The notes under the pieces: generated by a model
Told to the model about the DNA's origin: nothing
Databases searched by the model: none
The model's input: only the letters and a program-made list of their open reading frames with translations
Shown here: positions 26,065-33,085 of the stretch, piece after piece
How positions within the stretch are numbered: the first letter of the stretch is position 1
How the letters are laid out: each line of letters opens with the position of its first letter
Program-made: the position numbers and the translations under genes
Virus record (IMG/VR): IMGVR_UViG_3300046382_000009
Location: 1-42,564 of that record
Source of the DNA: a virus
Lineage: Duplodnaviria > Caudoviricetes
Direction: 5' to 3' (one strand)
Length of the DNA: 42,564 nucleotides

Positions 26065-27275
26065 TACGCACCTACCTTGGCAAGCTCGTCCTTTGTCCAG
26101 CCGCTCAACAGATCGGTTTTGACTTCATCCCACGACAGACCGGCCGACAGTGCAGCGGCACCCTTCTGAACCATACGGGTAGAGATAACCCGGCGAAGTT
26201 TTGCGCGGCTTGCGCCTTCGCGGAGTTTCCATACGAACTGACAGACGTGAGAGGGGGCAAGCTCCTGTTCCAGTGCGCGGTCATAGTCGACGTTGACGAT
26301 GTACCAGCGGTCTAGGGTAGCTGCATCCAACTGGGCACGGCCTACGTACATCGCATCCGCACCATTGCCGAACGTGTTAGCAGAGCCGATTTGCACAGCC
26401 TCCGCATGACGGGTCAGACGCGAACCGGACACTGGGTTATCGAATCCGCCATTGGCGAGGGCGCTGTTAGTGGTGATGAGCATGTTTGCGTCAGCCGCAT
26501 CCAGTTCATCGTGAAGGAACACGGATGGAACCTGATAAAGCTCTGCAAAGCGGGAGGTTTGATATTCAAACTTCCCACCCTCGCCCGTAGGCAACAGACG
26601 GCCCAACAGCCACGACTCTGACGCTCCAGCGGAATAGCTCACACTGCCAAAGGGCCTGTTAAGGGCCTTGGCAACCTCGTGCGCAAGGTGCGTCTTGCCA
26701 CAGCCCGCAGGGCCGACGAGCAACACGTTGATCCCTTGGGCCGCAAGGCGCAGCACTTTCTCAAACGAGGGATGCTGACGTGCAGGGCTGTTGTAATCAG
26801 GCTTGTCCGCAATCTTCACCACAATTTCACGCGGCTTGATGCCTGAGACTGCCTCGTCGACGATACGTTTAACCGCCTCCTCGTCAATGCCCGGACGCGC
26901 GCCAGACATAAGCAAAGCCATGGCCTGTTGGATCATCGCGGCAGCATCGCCTGCGGCCGCAGGATTAGCCGCAGGGCGCGCAGAAGGCGCGGGCATAGGG
27001 GAAGGGGCAGACGGGGCTGGGGCGGGCTCCTGCGCGCTTGGGATGGGCTCGGCGTCGGTGATGTTCGCCATGAAATGCGCGATGGACGTGTTAATCATTG
27101 CCAGATTAACGGCGTAGTCGACGAGCTTGGGCTTTGTGTTGGTGCGCTCGTCGCGGTCAAGATCAAACGAACCAGCGGAGGCGAGTCCGTGCGAGTGACG
27201 GACAATGCCTTGGATGCGCTTGACGGGGAAGGACTCCAGCTTTGCGCGGATGGCTTCAAAATTGTGTTGTGTCAT
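26064..27275 (-). CDS. CobS/MoxR-like AAA+ ATPase
   Basis: 'VLLVGPAGCGKT', 'FLHDELDAAD', 'ANTFGNGA..YVGRAQLDAATLDRW'. Confidence 0.9.
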   Translation of the reverse strand: MTQHNFEAIRAKLESFPVKRIQGIVRHSHGLASAGSFDLDRDERTNTKPKLVDYAVNLAMINTSIAHFMANITDAEPIPSAQEPAPAPSAPSPMPAPSARPAANPAAAGDAAAMIQQAMALLMSGARPGIDEEAVKRIVDEAVSGIKPREIVVKIADKPDYNSPARQHPSFEKVLRLAAQGINVLLVGPAGCGKTHLAHEVAKALNRPFGSVSYSAGASESWLLGRLLPTGEGGKFEYQTSRFAELYQVPSVFLHDELDAADANMLITTNSALANGGFDNPVSGSRLTRHAEAVQIGSANTFGNGADAMYVGRAQLDAATLDRWYIVNVDYDRALEQELAPSHVCQFVWKLREGASRAKLRRVISTRMVQKGAAALSAGLSWDEVKTDLLSGWTKDELAKVGA

Positions 27276-27302
27276 TGGTTTAATTCCTATCTGTCTGTTG
27301 GG

Positions 27303-27728
27303 TTACTTGCTGGATTCATCAAGAATCGCGTAGGCGTCTTCCTGAAAGCCCTTTAACGCGAGCTCACAGTGCGGGTTATGCGAAAGCAGAATGTCAGCCG
27401 CGTAGCGCGCTATCTGTATGCGCTCAATCGTTTTGCGGGCTTTGTGGTCTACGTAGCTGGAGTCCTCAGCCATGGCGACAGCGCCGCGCAGGGCAGCCGC
27501 ACATTCAGCCTTAGAGCCATGTCCGACCATGCCTAGAGCATCGCTAGACGCGCCTGTACTGTTGGCAATGCGCGACACATTGACGCGCCCGCAAGAACTT
27601 TCAATGAAGTAGTGGCCGATTGAGGTTTGACGGGTAGCGCCTACGTAGTAGGTCAGTGGGGACTTGGTGGCCACGTTCAGACGATGAACGAGGGCTTCGA
27701 GTTCTGCATTAGTGGTGCGGGTAGACAT
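27303..27728 (-). CDS. Hypothetical early protein
   Basis: ORF in the early operon. Confidence 0.6.
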   Translation of the reverse strand: MSTRTTNAELEALVHRLNVATKSPLTYYVGATRQTSIGHYFIESSCGRVNVSRIANSTGASSDALGMVGHGSKAECAAALRGAVAMAEDSSYVDHKARKTIERIQIARYAADILLSHNPHCELALKGFQEDAYAILDESSK

Positions 27729-27731
27729 GGC

Positions 27732-28022
27732 TTAGGCCCCCAGTGCAGCGAGTTCGGATTGGAAACGCACGGCCGTATCCTGTTGGATGGAACCGCCGTA
27801 CAGGTCAGCCTGTGCCTGCCAGTACATGGCCTTTGCCAGTTTGCCGTCCTTGTGGTCGGCCATAGAGAGGCCAGTATCCAGCGCGTCTTGTGCATCGTCT
27901 GTGTAATAGGCGGTAGCCTCGCGGCCGTTGGCATAGTTCACGCGGATTTCATTGCCTAGGCCAGTCTTACGCAGCGTTATTCCACGCATGGCGAGGGCTG
28001 CTTTAATGAGAGTGATATTCAT
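27732..28022 (-). CDS. Hypothetical protein, first early gene
   Basis: Start MNITLIK with AAGGA SD; 'EIRVN...EATAYYTDDAQDAL.T' conserved phage pattern. Confidence 0.65.
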   Translation of the reverse strand: MNITLIKAALAMRGITLRKTGLGNEIRVNYANGREATAYYTDDAQDALDTGLSMADHKDGKLAKAMYWQAQADLYGGSIQQDTAVRFQSELAALGA

Positions 28023-28069
28023 GGTTGCTTGATCCTTTTGCTTGCACACTGCGGATTGCAGGTAGAGCC

Positions 28070-28097
28070 ATTGTAGGGGCACATAGGCACATATCAA
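28070..28097 (-). promoter_or_regulatory. Putative early leftward sigma70 promoter
   Basis: TTGATA-16 nt-TACAAT, with three AGGAAATA repeats (28099-28125) and AT-rich DNA upstream. Confidence 0.55.
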
Positions 28098-28439
28098 TAG
28101 GAAATAGTAAGGAAATAGGAAATACACTGTAACTACATGAAACAACAGTATTTATATGTAGTGTAAAGAATTGTAAAGCAATATAGACAGCACATGATCA
28201 AGGTCTAAATGCGCAGTTTCGGCATGAACCAATCGAGTGTGAAAGATGGATAGGAAGAATCTATTTCGACACAGAGCCACTTGGGAGCGCGTCTGTTGCG
28301 TTCTGACAGTCGCCGCACCTGAACTATGGCAAGCCCTGCTATCTCGTCACCAGCGTAAGTATTAGATAATTCATCACAGTTATGGCTGGTTAAAAAATAA
28401 CCAATCACTCCCCCGCGTATGCGCGTACACATGCGCACG

Positions 28440-28910
28440 CGATAACTACAGTAATACAGTAGTACTACAGTTCTACTGCCAGATAACTGTCTGTCTGTTA
28501 TCCCCTGCTAACCACCGTCCGGGCCAGCGCCAGCGCGCGCCCGGTCTGTAGTACTACAGGCTGTTAACCTACTGAATACCTCTGTTGTCTGTTATCTGTC
28601 TGTGTAGGATTACTACGGAATTACTGTTATTAGTACTGTTCACCTAACCCAATCCCGGTGATATACAACTGTATACCATCTGTTCATACGGATAACCGAA
28701 TGGTTAACTGTAGTACCTCAAGCTTATCGCTCACGCTGTTAGACAGTAATACCGCACAGGAGGGCCTGTAGTGCATTCTAGTCTGTGGGGTGCCATGGTG
28801 GTATTCGGACAGACACAGACAGGGCTTAGAACGCATCCTAGGGGCCATAGCGTCGATCTGGGAGGCAGGGGGAGGACGGGACAGACGGCCAGCGGGCGGG
28901 GAGGGGAAAT
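28440..28910. repeat. Non-coding region rich in CTGT/ACAG and TACTAC motifs, palindromes and a G-rich tract; candidate genome end/pac/origin
   Basis: Perfect palindrome CTGTAGTACTACAG at 28546-28559, second GTAGTACTACAG at 28459-28470; many CTGT units; G-runs 28860-28906. Confidence 0.55.
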
Positions 28911-29096
28911 GTTAATGGATTGTTTTATTAGCAGCACTCAATCCAACGGCCATATAATTTTAAAGTCTTGTTTCCTTGATCTGTCAGGAGTCCCGTGTTT
29001 TACAGGGGTACGGGGTCTATCTGTTCTGGCTGTGGGATACGTGGATGCTCTGCCGCGCGGATATATTTTTCTTAAAGCGATATTCGGTTCTTTGGA

Positions 29097-29125
29097 TTGC
29101 TGACGGTGGTTGCAGGCGCTATGCT
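29097..29125 (+). promoter_or_regulatory. Putative rightward sigma70 promoter
   Basis: TTGCTG-17 nt-TATGCT upstream of the tRNA-like gene. Confidence 0.45.
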
Positions 29126-29203
29126 TGGGGCGTGCGGAATACCCGACCGGCATCCTTATTGAGGCCCGGTGGCTAGCGTATCCGAGAGCGCCCGCACTGA
29201 TTT

Positions 29204-29278
29204 TGGCGTGTAGCTCAGAGGCAGAGCGGCGGATTGTTAATCCGTTGGTCGTTGGTTCGATTCCAGCAGGGCGCACCA
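29204..29278 (+). tRNA. tRNA-Asn(GTT)-like gene with mispaired acceptor stem (chimeric or pseudo-tRNA)
   Basis: D arm GCTC/GAGC; anticodon arm GCGGA-TTGTTAA-TCCGT; T arm GTTGG-TTCGATT-CCAGC; encoded CCA; acceptor strands TGGCGTG and AGGGCGC do not pair. Confidence 0.8.
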
Positions 29279-29297
29279 ATTCAGATAGGAGGTTCAG

Positions 29298-29489
29298 ATG
29301 GAAGATCGTAAAGATGTGAAACATCAGTTTGATTTATCCGGCATGTCTTTAGGTGAGTGGTTTCTGGGCTGTGAGAAGTGCTGGAATCAATACCCAAAGA
29401 ACGCGCTGGCAAAACCCTGTTGCGACCGATGCGGTTGCAGGATGAACCGCTATCAGATCAGGCAGTCCGATCTTGATGTTGCTGCATGA
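29298..29489 (+). CDS. Small zinc-ribbon protein
   Basis: CxxC...CxxCG; SD AGGAGG. Confidence 0.6.
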   Translation: MEDRKDVKHQFDLSGMSLGEWFLGCEKCWNQYPKNALAKPCCDRCGCRMNRYQIRQSDLDVAA

Positions 29490-29842
29490 TTCTTTCCGAT
29501 CATCTGGAAGGCCTCCGGCAAACCCCCTGCATGGCCTGTGGTTGTATCGGCGTTCAGCTTCACCATGCCGGTGGTGGGTCGATGAGGTATCGCGGGGTTC
29601 ACAAGGCTGCTGCGGCGAAGGTGAGTGACTGGTTGCAGATTCCTCTCTGTGAGAAGCATCACACCGGAGAGGAAGGGATTCATCGGATCGGCACAAGCAC
29701 TTGGGAGGAGAAGTTCGGCGGTCAGGCCGCTATGCTCGATAAGCTGTGTGTTAAAACCAATCTGGATTTATGGGCATTGGGTGGGCAGCCCTTGAAGCGG
29801 AACAAGTATCAACGCCCCCTGAAAATCAACGCTTGGAGATAG
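29486..29842 (+). CDS. ref: Ref-family (recombination enhancement) HNH-like nuclease
   Basis: 'PCMACG...LHH...IPLCEKHHTG..GIH...WEEKFG'. Confidence 0.75.
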   Translation: MILSDHLEGLRQTPCMACGCIGVQLHHAGGGSMRYRGVHKAAAAKVSDWLQIPLCEKHHTGEEGIHRIGTSTWEEKFGGQAAMLDKLCVKTNLDLWALGGQPLKRNKYQRPLKINAWR

Positions 29843-29844
29843 GC

Positions 29845-30024
29845 ATGCCATACGAGGTGATTAATCTTGGGAATCTCAAGGATTTCGATTCTGCTGAGTT
29901 TCTAACGGATGAGGAGTCTCGCGCAGCCTATCTTGCAGAATGGAAGAAAGACGGCGAAGAAGCCATCTCCAGAGCTGAGGAAGTTGTGTCCCGCTCTCGG
30001 CAAATATATCCGGAGAAGTCCTAA
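29845..30024 (+). CDS. HI1420-type addiction-module antitoxin N-terminal domain only
   Basis: 'FDSAEFLTDEESRAAYL...DG...ISRAEEVVSRSR'; no C-terminal HTH; GGAG SD. Confidence 0.6.
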   Translation: MPYEVINLGNLKDFDSAEFLTDEESRAAYLAEWKKDGEEAISRAEEVVSRSRQIYPEKS

Positions 30025-30416
30025 TGACCATTAAAGTAAACATCCAGACGATCCCGCACGACACCCACCGTTACGACACTGTTGGAGATTACTGGACTGA
30101 CCCCGATGGCACGGAGCAGGTTCGAGTCTCCGAGATGGGAGACTGGCGGTACGAACTTCTGATTGCGGTTCACGAGTTGGTTGAAAGCCATCTGTGCAAA
30201 CACCGCGGCATCTCAGAGCCCCAAATCATGAAGTTCGACAAGGCTTGGGAACTGGCAAAACTCGCCGGAGCCAAGACTGTCGAGGATGAGCCGGGTTTCG
30301 CCAAGGACGCCCCTTACATGCCGGAGCATCATTTCTCTACCGGAATCGAGATGTTGCTCGCCCAACAGTTGGATGTTCACTGGCCCACATACTGCGAACT
30401 GTTGAACAGACTGTAA
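30024..30416 (+). CDS. Conserved phage protein with HExxE motif
   Basis: 'RYDTVGDY', 'AVHELVE', 'EPG..APY..EH.F.TGIE'. Confidence 0.65.
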   Translation: MTIKVNIQTIPHDTHRYDTVGDYWTDPDGTEQVRVSEMGDWRYELLIAVHELVESHLCKHRGISEPQIMKFDKAWELAKLAGAKTVEDEPGFAKDAPYMPEHHFSTGIEMLLAQQLDVHWPTYCELLNRL

Positions 30417-30547
30417 TCTTCCTATACATTATCACTCACGCGCTGGTCTGCAATGAGCAGATCACTAAGGCAGGCCGTAGGCACACGAAGGCAGGGAGGC
30501 ATCCCTCAACCTGAATCGGCTCTGTCGTTTCTAAGATAGGAGACAGA

Positions 30548-30913
30548 GTGAAGCAAGCGAAACCATCTGTTCGCAGTAAAGGCGAGGAAGCCTTTGCCTT
30601 CCATGTCACTGCCTACGAACTCCCTGCCCCCATTCGGGAATACCGCTTCTGTCCTACCCGTCGATTCCGTTTCGACTTCGCTTGGCCCGACCAGAAGATT
30701 TACGTCGAGGTTGAAGGGGGCTTATGGAATGGCGGTCGACACACCCGCGCCGCCGGGTACGAAGCTGACCTCACCAAATATAACCTTGCCGCTTTGATGG
30801 GCTGGAGGGGACTTAGATTTTCTACCGAGATGGTGATTTCAGGAGAGGCCATCCAGCAGACTCAAGCCTTCCTCGCGGGCAAGCCTTATAACTTCCAGAG
30901 GCCCTTTGCATGA
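30548..30913 (+). CDS. Vsr/DUF559-like PD-(D/E)XK endonuclease
   Basis: 'EYRFCPTRRFRFDFAWP..KIYVEVEGG...GRH...KYNLA..GWR'. Confidence 0.85.
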   Translation: MKQAKPSVRSKGEEAFAFHVTAYELPAPIREYRFCPTRRFRFDFAWPDQKIYVEVEGGLWNGGRHTRAAGYEADLTKYNLAALMGWRGLRFSTEMVISGEAIQQTQAFLAGKPYNFQRPFA

Positions 30914-31440
30914 CCGAAGACGAAGAATTCGGCTCGCTACAGGAAATCCCTATTACTAAAGGGGAAAACGGACAGTGGTACACGCGGGAATTCAAGATTG
31001 AAGCAGCGGCGGCGTTTCTCTCTTACGGAGAGGAAAAACCCGTACTAGCCCTTTTCAACATCCCTCAACAGACGTTCAATCTGTGGACAAAGCAGCCATG
31101 GTGGGAAATCTGTATCGAGATTGCCCGATTCCGTCAGGGGCAATTGTTGGATTCCCGCCTCTCCAAGATCATCGAACTCTCCACTGCCGCCGTCATTGAC
31201 CGACTGGAAAACGGAGAGGAAGTGCTGATGAAGGACGGCTCCAGAGAAATGGTGCAGGTGAAAGCTCGTGACGCCATGCTGATGGCTGCGATTGCTACTG
31301 ACAAACGCCAGTTGATCCGGGGACAACCTACCAGTATTCGTCGGGATGAGAACCTTGGGAACCTTGCCAAGAAACTTCAACAGATTGGCGCCAGCGGCAA
31401 GAAAGGCGCTCTGATCGAACAAGAGCCAGACCCAGCATGA
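30910..31440 (+). CDS. terS: Terminase small subunit (putative)
   Basis: N-terminal HTH-like part; 'DRLENGE', 'DKRQLIRGQPTSI'; upstream of TerL. Confidence 0.7.
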   Translation: MTEDEEFGSLQEIPITKGENGQWYTREFKIEAAAAFLSYGEEKPVLALFNIPQQTFNLWTKQPWWEICIEIARFRQGQLLDSRLSKIIELSTAAVIDRLENGEEVLMKDGSREMVQVKARDAMLMAAIATDKRQLIRGQPTSIRRDENLGNLAKKLQQIGASGKKGALIEQEPDPA

Positions 31441-31646
31441 TCTTCGTAGAAACCCCAATGGCTGTGATTGATGCCGAGATTGCCGCTTGCAAACGCAAAC
31501 AAGCCCTTCTCGATACTGCCAGTTGTTACGACATGAGTGACCACATTCGCTCTGTTCAACTGGGTTCAGTGATTCAGACTTTAGAGTGGATCAAGGCTGG
31601 AATTGCCTTGGGCTCCCCCTCTGATCGGGTTATGAACGGCGAATGA
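31437..31646 (+). CDS. Hypothetical protein
   Basis: ATGA-coupled on both sides. Confidence 0.6.
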   Translation: MIFVETPMAVIDAEIAACKRKQALLDTASCYDMSDHIRSVQLGSVIQTLEWIKAGIALGSPSDRVMNGE

Positions 31647-33085
31647 AGCTCACCCCGGAACTAATCGAAGGGTTCGTTGAGGTGTTTTTGAAGCCTCGAT
31701 TCGATAATCCTGCGCCGATTCCGGAGTTTCATAGAACCCTGTGGGCCATTTGTTGTTCTGATTCAAAGAACTGCGCCATTGCCGCTCCCCGTGGTTTCGC
31801 CAAGTCCACCTCCATCACCCACTCTTACCTGCTCGCCGCCCTTCTGTTTGGGGACAGGAAGTTCGCCCTGATCGTCTCGGATACCGAAACTCAAGCGATT
31901 TCCTTCCTGAACGACATCAAAGTCGAGCTCAAAGAAAACGAGGAGTTGATTCGGGAGTTTGGCATTCACCCCAAATTCTTGAGAGATACTGAGTCCGACA
32001 TCTCTGTTGTGACCAAGGCTGGAAGATTCCGAATTGTCGCAAGAGGCACAGAACAGAAGGTTCGTGGTTTGAAATGGAGGGGAAAGCGTCCAGACCTCGT
32101 CATTTGCGACGACATGGAAAACGACGAGCAGGTGATGAACAAGGAGCGCCGCGAGAAGGTGCGAAACTGGTTCCTGAACGCCCTCCTTCCTGCCGGTGGC
32201 GACCACTGCATTTACAGGGTCGCCGGAACCATTCTGCACATGGATTCTCTGCTGGAACGTCTCCTTTCAGACGGTATGTGGGAATCCCGTCGATTCAAAG
32301 CTCATGGAGAGCATTTCCGCGATCTGTTGTGGCCCGAGAAGTTCCCCCGTGAACGCCTCATGCAGATTCGCTCCATGTATGTGTCTCAGGGAAATCTTGA
32401 AGGTTATTCTCAGGAATACCTGAACATGCCTGTAGCCGAGGAGAACGCCTACTTCAAGAAGGAATGGTTCGTTCCCATGGAATCAGGGGACTACATCCGC
32501 CATCAAAGAAAGCGCATGTCCTACTACATCTCCGCTGACTTGGCCGTCTCCAAGGCAGATCACGCGGACTACACCGCCATCATCGTTGTGGGCGTGGATG
32601 AGATGGACACGATCTGCGTAGTGGATTGTGTTGTTAAACGTCTTGATTCGATGGAAATCATCAACGAACTGTTCGATCTGTGGGTTAAGTACGATGCCTC
32701 CGTTCTGTTTCTGGAGAAAGGCGTGCTGGAGAAATCCATCGGCCCGATCCTGAATACGGAAATGCTCCGTCGACGGGTTTACATGAACATCGAAACCAAG
32801 TCTTCGACCAACGACAAGATCACCCGCGCGAGAAGTATTCAGGGCCGAATGAAAGCCCAGATGGTGAGGTTTGATCGTGAATCCGGATGGTTTGATGGGC
32901 TGTTGACAGAGATGACACAGTTCCCGCGAGGAAAGCACGATGATAGAGTGGACGCGATGTCTCTGTTAGGACAGATGCTCGATGAACTGATTTCTCCTCA
33001 AACTCAGGAGGAAGAAGACCTCGCTGAATATCAGGAAAGCAGACGCGGTTTAGCTGCTGGAAGGAGTGAAACCTGTGGATACTGA
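31643..33085 (+). CDS. terL: Terminase large subunit
   Basis: Walker A 'APRGFAKST', Walker B 'LVICDDME', nuclease 'ISADLA', 'FPRGKHDDRVDA'. Confidence 0.95.
   Translation: MKLTPELIEGFVEVFLKPRFDNPAPIPEFHRTLWAICCSDSKNCAIAAPRGFAKSTSITHSYLLAALLFGDRKFALIVSDTETQAISFLNDIKVELKENEELIREFGIHPKFLRDTESDISVVTKAGRFRIVARGTEQKVRGLKWRGKRPDLVICDDMENDEQVMNKERREKVRNWFLNALLPAGGDHCIYRVAGTILHMDSLLERLLSDGMWESRRFKAHGEHFRDLLWPEKFPRERLMQIRSMYVSQGNLEGYSQEYLNMPVAEENAYFKKEWFVPMESGDYIRHQRKRMSYYISADLAVSKADHADYTAIIVVGVDEMDTICVVDCVVKRLDSMEIINELFDLWVKYDASVLFLEKGVLEKSIGPILNTEMLRRRVYMNIETKSSTNDKITRARSIQGRMKAQMVRFDRESGWFDGLLTEMTQFPRGKHDDRVDAMSLLGQMLDELISPQTQEEEDLAEYQESRRGLAAGRSETCGY

Noticed and set aside
28205-28438. 77-aa minus-strand ORF and other short ORFs in the control region
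   Set aside because: No convincing SD or protein features; cannot be supported from the sequence alone
28440-28830. CRISPR or other regular repeat-spacer array
   Set aside because: Motifs are short and irregularly spaced, with no constant repeat/spacer period; the Cas4-like gene sits in a recombination context
30440-30520. Hammerhead ribozyme
   Set aside because: The CUGAUGA and GAAA core is not present (CTGCAATGAG, CGAAG)
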